Positions 51,799 through 61,948 of a DNA stretch of 64,000 nt are shown one piece after another. Numbering within the stretch: the first letter of the stretch is position 1; every line of letters starts with the position of its first letter. The stretch lies in IMG/VR virus record IMGVR_UViG_3300037336_000025, positions 96,001 to 160,000 of that record, one strand, 5' to 3'. A program made the translations under genes and the position numbers. This DNA is from a virus. The notes below the pieces were generated by a model. That model searched no databases. It was not told where the DNA came from and was given only the letters and a program-made list of their open reading frames with translations.

Positions 51799-52783
51799 AA
51801 TTTTTATGAATACTGCCGGCACAAATCACGAAAGAGACATTCTTCGTATGATGCACGACGGTATCAAAGATAAAGTAGAACCAAAATCTAAACAAAAGTT
51901 TAACGAGTGGAAACAAATAAACAAAGAATTAGGTCTAGGTGCCGGAGTCGAATATGCATACAACGAAAAGTATTCTACATGTGACGTAGGAGTCATGTTA
52001 GGCAGTTGGAAAACAGATCGTTCTAATATACATCATATTGTTAGATGTAGCATTGCTGATCAATCAACATGTTTTATTTGCGTTGAGACACCGTTATTAG
52101 GACGTCAAGTACTTAAAGAAAATACACATCAGCGTGTAGGTATAAACGGATTTTTAAATCGTGCTGCTATTTTTGGAGAAGAACTAGATTACCCAGATGA
52201 TCGATTAATAGATTTAAAAATTAACTATGCAGGATGGAATAAAAATAAAGGCAATAAAATTGTAGTTGCCTTACAACTTGCCGGTGATGCTAGTTTAAGA
52301 CATAACGATATTAACGAGTGGTGTAAAGACACTGTAGATGAGCTTAGACTCCATACAGATAGACCTATAGAAATAAGAACGCATCCGGCAATGAGTGCAA
52401 AAGGATGGGGTAGTCACGAAGAATTATTTAGAGACTTTTTGTTTGGTAATTATAAAAATATTTCTTTTGTGAACGGCCGAGAAGTTCCTTGGGAAAAACA
52501 AATATTAGACGCATACTGTGTAATTACATATACTAGCGGGCTAGCAATTGATGCAATAGTAAGAGGTATTCCAGTTATAGCATGTGACGAAGGAAACTTT
52601 GCTTGGAATGTAGCTGAACGCAAATTAAGAAATATAGAAAGTTTAAATCTAGCTAAAGACGAACAAGTAAATCAATGGCTTAAAAATTTAGCCTACTGCC
52701 AGTGGACTCCGGCAGAAATGGAAAGTGGTAGGTGTTGGGATCATTTAAAAAGTTCAATCGATAAAGTAATCAACGATCAATGA
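51788..52783 (+). CDS. KpsS/KpsC-like GT-B protein 2
   Basis: ALQLAGDAS, IEIRTHP, VITYTSGLAIDAIVRGIP, LAYCQWT; GTG start inferred at 51788. Confidence 0.6.
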   Translation: MKVKIFMNTAGTNHERDILRMMHDGIKDKVEPKSKQKFNEWKQINKELGLGAGVEYAYNEKYSTCDVGVMLGSWKTDRSNIHHIVRCSIADQSTCFICVETPLLGRQVLKENTHQRVGINGFLNRAAIFGEELDYPDDRLIDLKINYAGWNKNKGNKIVVALQLAGDASLRHNDINEWCKDTVDELRLHTDRPIEIRTHPAMSAKGWGSHEELFRDFLFGNYKNISFVNGREVPWEKQILDAYCVITYTSGLAIDAIVRGIPVIACDEGNFAWNVAERKLRNIESLNLAKDEQVNQWLKNLAYCQWTPAEMESGRCWDHLKSSIDKVINDQ

Positions 52784-53715
52784 AAACAGTAGCATGTTAT
52801 CACCGAACGGTACCTAATGCTAAAAGTCAAGAAAAAATAGATATATTAAGACTTTTTTCTTTAGGTGTACAAGCTGCGGGTGATAAATCAATAGATGTTA
52901 ATGATTGTAATTATACTTCGTCCGACGTTGGAATTATACAAGGTTGGCTAGGACATAATGCGGGACTAACCTCGCATTTAAAATTAAGAAATACTGTAAT
53001 TAAAAACCAACTAAAAAATAACAAATATGTTATTACAGCAGACAGTAATTTATTTTTATATGCTAATACATCTAATAAACCTCACCATTATCTAAGGTAT
53101 AGTTTTAACGGAGTATTTCCTAGTACTGGCATATATTGCGACACACAAGTAGATACTAATCGCTGGAAACAAGTAAGCAAAGACTTAAACATATCATTAA
53201 AAGATTATAGAACTTCAGGTAATCATATATTGCTTTGCTTACAGCGTAATGGCGGGTGGAGTATGGGCAATACCAATATACAAGACTGGACTATTAGCAC
53301 TATAAACAAAATAAGACAGTATACTGATAGGCCAATTATTATCAGACCTCATCCTGGAGACAAGCAAAGTAAAGCAATACTAACTCCTGGAAATCCTCAC
53401 TGCAGATTACCGTTTTCTAATAATATTACATTGTCTACCAATCAATCAATTATAGATGATTTAAAAAATTGTTGGGCTGCTGTTAATTATAATTCAAGTC
53501 CCGTTGTAGGAGCAGCAATTGAAGGTGTTCCTATATTTGTTGCAGACAAAGAAAAAAGTCAATGTGCAGAAATTGCCAACGCAGATCTAGCACAAATAGA
53601 AACTCCAGTATTATACGAAAGACAACGTTGGGTAGAGAGATTAGCAATGTTTCATTGGAACTTTGACGAACTAAAAAGTGGCGAGTGTTGGTCACATATG
53701 AGGCAATATATATGA
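52780..53715 (+). CDS. KpsS/KpsC-like GT-B protein 3
   Basis: LLCLQR, IIIRPHPG, VNYNSSPVVGAAIEGVP, LAMFHW. Confidence 0.6.
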   Translation: MKTVACYHRTVPNAKSQEKIDILRLFSLGVQAAGDKSIDVNDCNYTSSDVGIIQGWLGHNAGLTSHLKLRNTVIKNQLKNNKYVITADSNLFLYANTSNKPHHYLRYSFNGVFPSTGIYCDTQVDTNRWKQVSKDLNISLKDYRTSGNHILLCLQRNGGWSMGNTNIQDWTISTINKIRQYTDRPIIIRPHPGDKQSKAILTPGNPHCRLPFSNNITLSTNQSIIDDLKNCWAAVNYNSSPVVGAAIEGVPIFVADKEKSQCAEIANADLAQIETPVLYERQRWVERLAMFHWNFDELKSGECWSHMRQYI

Positions 53716-54662
53716 AAGTAATTATGCGAGGATTTGAGCCTCCAGTTAGTAAAGTTTATTATCACTGGGATCACGGTCTAGAAAAACATGGCGACAAATA
53801 CGAAATTATACATAACCCAGTATCATATCCGTTAGTTGATGATGCTGATTGTTATTACCAGACAAATTTGCTTAAACCAAAACATAGTTCTAAAGGCAGA
53901 GATGCTACGCAGGGAAATCATTATAAATTTATTTTAGATAGTGAGAAACCGTTTGTTGTATCCGAAAGTAATCCTTTTAGAAAATACGCCGGATATTCTA
54001 GATTTGGGTGGACCAGTTATAAATGGACAGACGCAAACTGCAACAATTCAAATGTCGGAGATGAGAGATGGAATCAGTATCAGTCCGCTACTAACATCAC
54101 TATTAAAGACTGGCATAGTCCTGGAAATAACATCATTATCATGGGACAAAAAGAAAATGACAGTTCATTGATTTCTCTTTACGAAAAATACGATACATTT
54201 TGGGATTGGGTCATAGAAGTGGTGTTGACTGTAAGAAAATATTCAGATAAGCCTATTAAAATTAGACCTCATCCTAAAAATATTATAAGAAGTGTTCGCG
54301 GAATTAAAGAAACTATTTCTAGATTAAACATTAAAAATGTAGAGTTAGCAGAACATACGCCTGAAGGCGGAAATCAAGGCGGTGAGTCATTAGATAAAGA
54401 ATTATCCAACGCTCACTGTGTTATTACATATAATAGTTTAAGTGGCGTAGAATCAGTATGTGAAGGAATTCCTACGTTTGCCTTAGATAACGGTAGTATG
54501 GTATGGCCGGTTGCACACACTGATTTAAGCCAGATAGAAAAGTTAAACTACAACATGCCAATGCAAGAATGGAAAAATAAAATTGCCTATACTATGTGGA
54601 ATAAAGAAGAAGTTAGCTCCGGAGCTTGTTGGGCTCATTTAAAAGGCGTGTATTTTAAATGA
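53712..54662 (+). CDS. KpsS/KpsC-like GT-B protein 4
   Basis: IIMGQKEND, IKIRPHP, VITYNSLSGVESVCEGIP, IAYTMW. Confidence 0.6.
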   Translation: MKVIMRGFEPPVSKVYYHWDHGLEKHGDKYEIIHNPVSYPLVDDADCYYQTNLLKPKHSSKGRDATQGNHYKFILDSEKPFVVSESNPFRKYAGYSRFGWTSYKWTDANCNNSNVGDERWNQYQSATNITIKDWHSPGNNIIIMGQKENDSSLISLYEKYDTFWDWVIEVVLTVRKYSDKPIKIRPHPKNIIRSVRGIKETISRLNIKNVELAEHTPEGGNQGGESLDKELSNAHCVITYNSLSGVESVCEGIPTFALDNGSMVWPVAHTDLSQIEKLNYNMPMQEWKNKIAYTMWNKEEVSSGACWAHLKGVYFK

Positions 54663-54672
54663 ACGTTTACAT

Positions 54673-55245
54673 TTATCTTTTTACAAAGAATAGTCCGTTG
54701 TTTTGAATCCATGCCTTTTTACTGACTTTATCTTTCTTTACATTCATCGTAGTTACTTCTCTAATTTTTTTAGTTGTGTTTGCATCGTAACTAAATCCAT
54801 AATGATCAAATACACTAATCCAATATTCTTCAGTATTGCAGTTAACATGATGGTGACCGGCCTTTCCGGGCGGCGCAAAGGTAATTAGCGCATACTTTCC
54901 TTTTGCGAAGTCTTGCATATAGTTGTCTTGATATTCTTCGTATACATGTTCTAAAAATTCCACACTCCAAACTAAGTCTACAAACATGTTAAGAGGACTC
55001 GGCCCTACGGTATAATCGTGTATAGTAATCCATAAAGGATCAATATCTCTTTCAACTGTAAAATCTCCATCAATACCAGAAGCCGCAATTCCGTTCTCTC
55101 TTGCAAGTTTTACCATTCCTGCAGGACCGCAGCCAATGTCTAGCATTGTTTTAATATTAAACTCTTTTTTAAGAAAATCAAGTGTACCTTGATCAACGTG
55201 TGTGCGACCTTTATGTCCGCCAAGGTGTTCAGGTAATTTATTCAT
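54673..55245 (-). CDS. Class I SAM-dependent methyltransferase
   Basis: MLDIGCGPAG, GIDG, LVWSVEFLEH, TFAPPGKAGHHHVNC. Confidence 0.85.
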   Translation of the reverse strand: MNKLPEHLGGHKGRTHVDQGTLDFLKKEFNIKTMLDIGCGPAGMVKLARENGIAASGIDGDFTVERDIDPLWITIHDYTVGPSPLNMFVDLVWSVEFLEHVYEEYQDNYMQDFAKGKYALITFAPPGKAGHHHVNCNTEEYWISVFDHYGFSYDANTTKKIREVTTMNVKKDKVSKKAWIQNNGLFFVKR

Positions 55246-56048
55246 TTCCAATATTCCTCTGTTCTTTTAATTTTTAAATCGCTTAATTTGCTGCGGCCAA
55301 TTGATTTGCGATCACCTTTTAAATGATCTAAGTAGGCTCCCCATTCACTATTAATTAATGGGTGTCCTTCGCCTGATATTAAATGACTGCTCCAATCTAA
55401 ATTGTTTAATGTCTTAAATTTTGTCCTAGCGGCATCAAATACAAAACTATCATGCCATTCATTTAATGTAAAAATACCCGATTCTGCATCATCATACATG
55501 CGCTGAAATTCTCGTAAGAATGATCTTACTAATGGAGATTTAAGATTCATTGAGTACAGACCACACTCGGTATATTTTCCTTTACGACCAAGAAAGCATA
55601 AATCTTTATCGACAGGAATTAATTGCTCTAAACGCTCTTTAGTAATAGGACTATGACAAATTGTGTCAGCATCCATCCATACTAACACATCTGCATCTGA
55701 ATACTTTGCACAATCAAAAATAGCATAAACTTTATGAGCAAAGCGTACAGCATCCCATTTAAACCCTTTACCTGAATCTTTACGTTTACTACGAATAGGA
55801 TCAGCGCTAACGTCTCCATTTGCTTTAGGAACGTTCTTCCATTTTTCTTTAAATTCTGTTAATCCTTTAACGTCGTCTAAACTAGTTAATGAAACATGTC
55901 CGTGATGGTTGATGATTGGATAACATTTTTCAGGATAGATATGAAGTGTAACTTCTCCAGGCCAATTTTTACAAAAGGTGTCTATCATCTTTTGTGCATA
56001 CGTCTTTAACCCTTTTTCGTGAAAGGTTGTTACTACTGCTATTTTCAT
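55242..56048 (-). CDS. GT-A nucleotide-diphospho-sugar transferase-like protein
   Basis: VVTTF, RFAHKVYA, LVWMDAD (DxD), ECG, WHDSFVFD, HLKG. Confidence 0.7.
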   Translation of the reverse strand: MKIAVVTTFHEKGLKTYAQKMIDTFCKNWPGEVTLHIYPEKCYPIINHHGHVSLTSLDDVKGLTEFKEKWKNVPKANGDVSADPIRSKRKDSGKGFKWDAVRFAHKVYAIFDCAKYSDADVLVWMDADTICHSPITKERLEQLIPVDKDLCFLGRKGKYTECGLYSMNLKSPLVRSFLREFQRMYDDAESGIFTLNEWHDSFVFDAARTKFKTLNNLDWSSHLISGEGHPLINSEWGAYLDHLKGDRKSIGRSKLSDLKIKRTEEYWK

Positions 56049-56452
56049 GGTTGAAATTTCCATATGTGGTATACACTATGTTGATCGACACAGCGATAAT
56101 GATTTTTATATAATGTTTGAGATTTATCTCTACCAATAGGATCATTGCCCTCTATTAAAATTAAAGGGCGCCATTGATGCCATAACGGTAAAGTTTGTTC
56201 TAGGCTAGGCAAGTATTCTAAATCTACAAGAATTGCAGTTACATTTATAGCATTCAATATTGAGATTATCGATTCTTTAGGAACTAAGTTCTTAGCCTTA
56301 ATACTACTAAGCTCATTGGAGAATATAAAAACAGTTTCAAATATATCTAACAGATCAGTTAATCGTTTGAACCCATTGCCGATGACTACTGCATTTTGTG
56401 GATGCTTTGATAACTTAGATAATCTTTTTTTAAACTTGTCCATAAGAATCAT
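56045..56452 (-). CDS. Hypothetical protein (Rossmann-like)
   Basis: AVVIGNG; ATGA-coupled to the downstream GT gene. Confidence 0.5.
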   Translation of the reverse strand: MILMDKFKKRLSKLSKHPQNAVVIGNGFKRLTDLLDIFETVFIFSNELSSIKAKNLVPKESIISILNAINVTAILVDLEYLPSLEQTLPLWHQWRPLILIEGNDPIGRDKSQTLYKNHYRCVDQHSVYHIWKFQP

Positions 56453-56479
56453 TAAATACTACTATATTTATAGGATCTT

Positions 56480-57313
56480 ATGCGCTTCAGATTATATCGA
56501 GAACACGGTGCCCTAAATAGTCAACCCATCTTTGATGCGTTTGAAGCTGGCTTGAAATTGCTTGGGCACGAAAGTGTAAAAACCGGAGATGCTATTCCGG
56601 TAATTTGGTCAGTATTGTGGGCCGGCCGAATGGCTGCTAATCAAAAAATTTATGATGAAAGTCGATCCGCCGGAACTCCTATAATTATACTTGAGGTGGG
56701 CAGTCTTGTAAGAGGTACTACTTGGAAAGTTAGTGTTAATCATATTAATGGACTTGGAATATTTGGTAATGATATTAACTTAGATACTGATCGTCCAACT
56801 AAGTTAGGAATTAAGTTAAACCCAATACAAGAAAAAAGACGGGGAGATATTTTAATTGCTACCCAACATTCGCACAGCCTTCAGTGGGCCGGAATGCCAT
56901 CTATGAAGCAATGGACTGAAGATACTATTGAAAAAATTCGACAATATTCTAAAAAAAGAATTGTGGTTAGATATCATCCTAGATCTCCTTTTCCATTAAA
57001 AATTAGAAATATTTTTATAGAAACTCCAAAAAGAATAATTGGGTCGTACGACGATTTTGATATTTTTTATGGGTATCATTGCGTTATAAATTATAACAGC
57101 GGTCCTGCAGTTCAAGCAGCAATAAATGGTATACCAGTTATTTGTGACCATTCAAGTTTAGCAGGTCCGTTATCTGGTACAATTGAAAACATCAACAACA
57201 TTGTACTACCAGATAGAGAAGACTGGTTCTTAAGGCTTTGTCACACAGAATGGACTATTGGTGAAATTACTAAAGGTATACCATTAACAAGATTGTTGGG
57301 TAAGATTAGTTGA
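56480..57313 (+). CDS. KpsS/KpsC-like GT-B protein 5
   Basis: IILEVG, LIATQH, VVRYHPR, VINYNSGPAVQAAINGIP, LCHTEWT. Confidence 0.6.
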   Translation: MRFRLYREHGALNSQPIFDAFEAGLKLLGHESVKTGDAIPVIWSVLWAGRMAANQKIYDESRSAGTPIIILEVGSLVRGTTWKVSVNHINGLGIFGNDINLDTDRPTKLGIKLNPIQEKRRGDILIATQHSHSLQWAGMPSMKQWTEDTIEKIRQYSKKRIVVRYHPRSPFPLKIRNIFIETPKRIIGSYDDFDIFYGYHCVINYNSGPAVQAAINGIPVICDHSSLAGPLSGTIENINNIVLPDREDWFLRLCHTEWTIGEITKGIPLTRLLGKIS

Positions 57314-57338
57314 CATCTGTGTTGGGCGGTGCTATAAT
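57310..57338 (+). promoter_or_regulatory. Consensus sigma70 promoter with extended -10
   Basis: TTGACA (57310-57315), 17 nt ending TGC, TATAAT (57333-57338); ATG at 57345. Confidence 0.88.
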
Positions 57339-57344
57339 AGTTAA

Positions 57345-58520
57345 ATGCTATCATCACCTCGCTACATCGAAGACATTTTTTCTGATTTTTATCACGCCTC
57401 TATTTTTGACATAGACATCCAGCATCAAGATCAAAGTGCTAGCCAAAGTTTCTATGCGTCTATCTTAGACAGTAAACCGTTGACTCAGAATCAAGCAAAC
57501 TTCTTGCTAAAGATACTAGACAAGTATAAAGTAGTAATGGCACGGCACGGCCTTGATTATCAAGACGATATCAAAACACCAAAGTGGAAAAGTCCTTTTA
57601 GGATTATTGATCTAACCAAAAGCATTTGGGTTGAGCAAGATGAGCACACGGTCCCTGTGGTTTGTATGAAATTTCCTTACCAGATCAAAGCTGCATTTGA
57701 ATCTGAATTTAGAGATTTAGTTAATGGCACTTGGGATCACGAAAGGAAGATGCGCCGTGTGTCAATTTATAAATGTAACTTAATCCAACTGCATGACTTT
57801 TCTGTAAAACACAATTTTGAAATTGACGATACCTTGCTAATAGCACTAGGTGAAGTTGAAGAAATTTGGGCTGCTCCTGAAGAGATTTCACCAGCATCTG
57901 CCTTAATTGCAGATTGGGTAACCTTACTGAACTCTAGTAATGAAACTAATTTATGGTGGAACGAACACTGCACAGGAAACTACTCAAAAGATCTAATGTT
58001 GGCAAAGAGTATGGGCTATTGCTACGAGGGCATGCCGTTTAGCACTGTTGAGAAGATTGCAGCATCGCAGTCTAATGCGTTTTGGATTAAAACTAATAAA
58101 GAGCTACTGGACCTGCACCATCGAGTAGGCGGCAAGATGTGCATTGTGCTGGATCGTGTAAGTGATACTATTAATTGGTTAACAAAATTTGCAGAAGATA
58201 TTGATCGGTCGGATATTAATCGCAACAAAGTTAGAGTTTGTTTCAGAGCAGAAAAAGGAGCAAAGACTGACATAAATGAGTGGATTAAAGATAATGGTTT
58301 CGGCGGCAAGGTTGAAGATGGTGACATTTTAATCTTTGAACAAAAGCCGGCAAAGTGGTTGTTTAAAGAACAAGATTCTGTTACACTATTAGTTACAAAC
58401 AACATTTATCCGCCTACAAGCATGATAGCAAAGGATTGGTTCAATACTCATCCTTGCGTAATTTTCCTAGGCGATATTAAGCCATCAGAACAAAAAGGAC
58501 AACCAATTGTCGAGCTGTAA
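57345..58520 (+). CDS. Hypothetical protein upstream of uvsW
   Basis: 391-aa ORF; no family recognised. Confidence 0.6.
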   Translation: MLSSPRYIEDIFSDFYHASIFDIDIQHQDQSASQSFYASILDSKPLTQNQANFLLKILDKYKVVMARHGLDYQDDIKTPKWKSPFRIIDLTKSIWVEQDEHTVPVVCMKFPYQIKAAFESEFRDLVNGTWDHERKMRRVSIYKCNLIQLHDFSVKHNFEIDDTLLIALGEVEEIWAAPEEISPASALIADWVTLLNSSNETNLWWNEHCTGNYSKDLMLAKSMGYCYEGMPFSTVEKIAASQSNAFWIKTNKELLDLHHRVGGKMCIVLDRVSDTINWLTKFAEDIDRSDINRNKVRVCFRAEKGAKTDINEWIKDNGFGGKVEDGDILIFEQKPAKWLFKEQDSVTLLVTNNIYPPTSMIAKDWFNTHPCVIFLGDIKPSEQKGQPIVEL

Positions 58521-59961
58521 ACTTACAATCAGAGACGAAGTAAACATTAAGGTAGACGGACTTAGCGTAGAGACACGACGTAAGATTGTCAACAAATTAA
58601 AATTTGAGCTGCCATATGCACGACATATGCCGTCATATAAATTAGGAAGATGGGATGGAACTAAAACCTATTTCAGTATTGGTGGTACTGGTTATCTTGC
58701 ACATTTGGATGTTATACTACCTATTATAGAAGAAGCCGGATACGAAATTGAAGTAGAAGATCTACGTGAACATCATGAACTAAAATTTCCACAGATTGAT
58801 GGGAACTATTGGGCCGATCGAGGTAAGACTTGGCCTAAAGGACATATAGCAGCAGGACAACCAGTTGTACTTCGAGACTATCAATTTGATGTAGTTAATA
58901 AGTTCTGCGAGAATCCGCAAGCATTGCAAGAAGTTGCAACTGGCGCAGGCAAGACGCTTACCACAGCAACATTAAGTCATTTGTGCGAGCCATATGGTCG
59001 AACTATGGTTATTGTTCCTAACAAAAGTCTCGTTGTGCAGACTGAAGAAGATTATAAGAACTTAGGTCTAGACGTTGGAGTGTACTTCGGCGATAGAAAA
59101 GAACTAGGAAGAATGCATACTATATGTACATGGCAAAGTCTAAATGTGCTTGATAAGAAAAGCTACGATACCGCAGTATTGAGCCTAGCTGAATTTATTG
59201 AAGGCGTGGTTGCAATTATCATTGACGAAGTACACCAAGCTAAAGCAGAAGTTCTAACAAAACTACTAACTGTTAACTTTAAAAATTGTGCTATTCGTTG
59301 GGGATTGACCGGTACAGTACCTAAGGAAGCATTTGAGTTTCAAGGCATCCTTGCAGCTATTGGTCCAGTTATTAATCGAGTATCTGCACACGACTTACAA
59401 GAAAAAGGTGTGTTAGCACAACTAAACATTAATGTATTACAGACTAACGAAGTAGAAGTGTTTAGAAGTTTCTCAGACGAATATACCTTCTTAGTTACGG
59501 ACGATAGTCGATTGACCTGGATGGCAAATAAAATTAAAGAGCTGTCGTTGACTGGCAATACTCTAGTATTAATCAATCGTATCGATACTGGTAAGCAACT
59601 AATTGAAAGAATACCAGAAGCCGTCTTTGTCAGCGGCGGTATGAAATTAGATGATAGGAAAGAATCATATGATGAAATTAAAACAAGTACTAATAAGATT
59701 ATTGTGGCGACTTATGGTGTGGCCGCTGTGGGCATTAATATTCCTAGGATTTTTAATCTGGTTCTTTTGGAACCCGGAAAGAGCTTTGTTAGGGTTATCC
59801 AGTCTATTGGACGCGGTATTAGGAAAGCGGAAGACAAAGACCATGTAGAAATTTGGGATATTACATCAGCTTGCAAATACAGCAAGAGACATTTGACAGA
59901 AAGAAAAAAGTTTTATAAGGATGCACAGTATCCTTTTACAATTACCAAGGTAACTAGATGA
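58507..59961 (+). CDS. uvsW: SF2 helicase UvsW-like (TTG start)
   Basis: LRDYQ, ATGAGKT, IIDEVH, GLTGT, ATYG, GINIP, IQSIGRGIR. Confidence 0.92.
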   Translation: MSSCKLTIRDEVNIKVDGLSVETRRKIVNKLKFELPYARHMPSYKLGRWDGTKTYFSIGGTGYLAHLDVILPIIEEAGYEIEVEDLREHHELKFPQIDGNYWADRGKTWPKGHIAAGQPVVLRDYQFDVVNKFCENPQALQEVATGAGKTLTTATLSHLCEPYGRTMVIVPNKSLVVQTEEDYKNLGLDVGVYFGDRKELGRMHTICTWQSLNVLDKKSYDTAVLSLAEFIEGVVAIIIDEVHQAKAEVLTKLLTVNFKNCAIRWGLTGTVPKEAFEFQGILAAIGPVINRVSAHDLQEKGVLAQLNINVLQTNEVEVFRSFSDEYTFLVTDDSRLTWMANKIKELSLTGNTLVLINRIDTGKQLIERIPEAVFVSGGMKLDDRKESYDEIKTSTNKIIVATYGVAAVGINIPRIFNLVLLEPGKSFVRVIQSIGRGIRKAEDKDHVEIWDITSACKYSKRHLTERKKFYKDAQYPFTITKVTR

Positions 59962-60464
59962 GAATTTTAACACTAAACAATAGGTCATTTGACCTTAACG
60001 ACTTACCAGATGAGGTAGATGAAGATACTAGATTTTCAGTATTAGATAATTCTAATCCTAACGATCCTGACTTCTTTTTCATGCCACTGATCTTTTTAGA
60101 ATCTTTTAATAGTCCGGCTATTTTGTTAAATATTGGCGGACACGAAATTCAAATGCCTTTAGATTGGTGCATGGTAGTTGGCGATAAAGAATGTGGGCTT
60201 GATCCAGAAGTATTGCCATTGACTAGCATTAACGAACGTGGATTTGATGCATTGTGTTTTAATCCGATAAACGGATTTAGAGCAGAGTTTATGCCGATTG
60301 AGATTGTAAATATATACCAAGACGTAAAATGGTATTTCCCTAAAATGAAAAACGGACACTTGCTTACTGTTCCATTGCATGACGGTCCAAGCCCTCCTTG
60401 TGTTTATTTTGTTAAAGAAATATCAAGGCAAAGTGAAATTGTACAACTAGATAAGGTGATTTAA
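59958..60464 (+). CDS. Hypothetical protein
   Basis: 168 aa; ATGA-coupled. Confidence 0.6.
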   Translation: MRILTLNNRSFDLNDLPDEVDEDTRFSVLDNSNPNDPDFFFMPLIFLESFNSPAILLNIGGHEIQMPLDWCMVVGDKECGLDPEVLPLTSINERGFDALCFNPINGFRAEFMPIEIVNIYQDVKWYFPKMKNGHLLTVPLHDGPSPPCVYFVKEISRQSEIVQLDKVI

Positions 60465-60679
60465 TGCCTCAATCATATATGGTTGATCACCGGAGAATAT
60501 CTAGCGAAGTAAAAACATCACTGCTTCCTAGACGGTGTTATCTCAGTGGAAAAAAATTATGGCTTAAACGGTGTCGAGTAATATATACAATACTAACTGG
60601 CCCCGGCGATGCGATATATGAAACGCATTGGTGCGACCCAGCAGAATTTTTATTATATGAATTAAGGAGAACAAAATGA
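60464..60679 (+). CDS. Small hypothetical protein
   Basis: 71 aa; TAATG-coupled. Confidence 0.5.
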   Translation: MPQSYMVDHRRISSEVKTSLLPRRCYLSGKKLWLKRCRVIYTILTGPGDAIYETHWCDPAEFLLYELRRTK

Positions 60680-60750
60680 AAGCAGGCAAGGTTTATAAAA
60701 GCAGGAAAAATGCTAAATACTTTTATGAAAGTATACTGGATAAAAAATAA
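60676..60750 (+). pseudogene. Relic 5' end of the cupin gene (MKAGKV...) cut off by endonuclease insertion
   Basis: AAGGAGA Shine-Dalgarno, then ATG AAA GCA GGC AAG GTT, matching the AGKV of the intact gene at 61312. Confidence 0.65.
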
Positions 60751-61312
60751 AGAACATAATGATATAATGACTCAAGGATATATTGGCATAACTGTAACCG
60801 AAGGACGTGGCAATAGAATCTGGGGTCATTTTAATAAATTACAAAATAAGTCTCATCCTAATCCACATTTACAAAATGCTTACAACTTATATAAAGATTT
60901 AGAAGTAGATATTATATTTGAAGGCACTGAGGAAGAATGTATTGCCAAAGAAGTTGAGCTGAGACCTACTAAAGAAACAGGTTGGAATATATTAGAAGGT
61001 GGTGGCATGCCACCGAACCATAACGGAAAACATTGGTTTACTAATGGTAAGAAAAATACTTTAGCAGAAGATTGTCCTATAGGATTTCGATTAGGTAAAA
61101 CACAAATAGGTGGCGAGCAACACGGGCACTATAATAAGCCTAAAAAATATAAAACAGTACAAGTTCACTCTTTTGCTGATAGAAACATTCCGTGGAATAA
61201 AGGAATTGTCGGAGACAAAAAAGAACAAATTAGTTGTCCTCATTGTAATAAAAAAGGAGGTAAACCGTCTATGACTAGATGGCATTTTAATAGTTGTAAG
61301 GAGAAAAAATAA
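60725..61312 (+). mobile_element. Free-standing GIY-YIG-like homing endonuclease with C-terminal zinc finger
   Basis: MKVYWI...GYIGIT...R...H...E...GWN...GG; CPHCNKKG...RWHFNSC; TAAATA at 60714. Confidence 0.8.
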
Positions 61313-61674
61313 TGGGAATTCGCGCTGGTAAAGTATGGGGGGCCACTGAACTCCTCGAAGCAAACGGTGTATTAGAATTTCACCGTATTGAAGCGTCGGC
61401 AGGCGGCGTATGCTCAAAGCATCGACACAAATACAAATGGAATGGCTTCTTTGTAGAGTCAGGTGAAATGATTATTCGAGTGTGGAAGAACAACTACAAT
61501 CTAATTGACGAAACAGTATTAACTGCCGGCCAATATACCAAAGTTGCTCCAGGTGAATATCATCAATTTGAAGCTGTCACTGATTGCATTGCCTTTGAAT
61601 TATATTGGGCAGAGTTTGATCATGCCGATATCGAGCGCGAAACAGTAGGACATGCAAAAGATGGGAAGTCTTAA
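61312..61674 (+). CDS. Cupin-domain protein (sugar isomerase-like)
   Basis: KVWG, CSKHRH...FFVESG...PGEYHQF. Confidence 0.75.
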   Translation: MGIRAGKVWGATELLEANGVLEFHRIEASAGGVCSKHRHKYKWNGFFVESGEMIIRVWKNNYNLIDETVLTAGQYTKVAPGEYHQFEAVTDCIAFELYWAEFDHADIERETVGHAKDGKS

Positions 61675-61948
61675 ACCTGGAGCAACATATATCTACGAGC
61701 GTAATGGTGAGGAAATATATGCTCGCGAGTTCGGCGAAACAGATCGTACATTAGTTGGATACAAATACGAAATGGGAAGAACTCCTGATCCTCGAACAAG
61801 TGACGGACGCCCGCTAATTGATCACATACGAGAAGATAAACTTTGGGGCAGCATTCGGAGAGAAGCAAAGACAAATACAGCTTTACAAGCAGCATTAGAC
61901 CATGCTATACTAATATATCACTTGAGTAAAGACGATGGGCAAAAATAA
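61652..61948 (+). CDS. Hypothetical protein
   Basis: 98-aa ORF within the operon. Confidence 0.55.
   Translation: MQKMGSLKPGATYIYERNGEEIYAREFGETDRTLVGYKYEMGRTPDPRTSDGRPLIDHIREDKLWGSIRREAKTNTALQAALDHAILIYHLSKDDGQK

Noticed and set aside
59958-60464. Faint Hint-domain-like look of the 168-aa protein
   Set aside because: No N-terminal Cys/Ser block A, no TxxH and no terminal HN/HQ; too weak to call.
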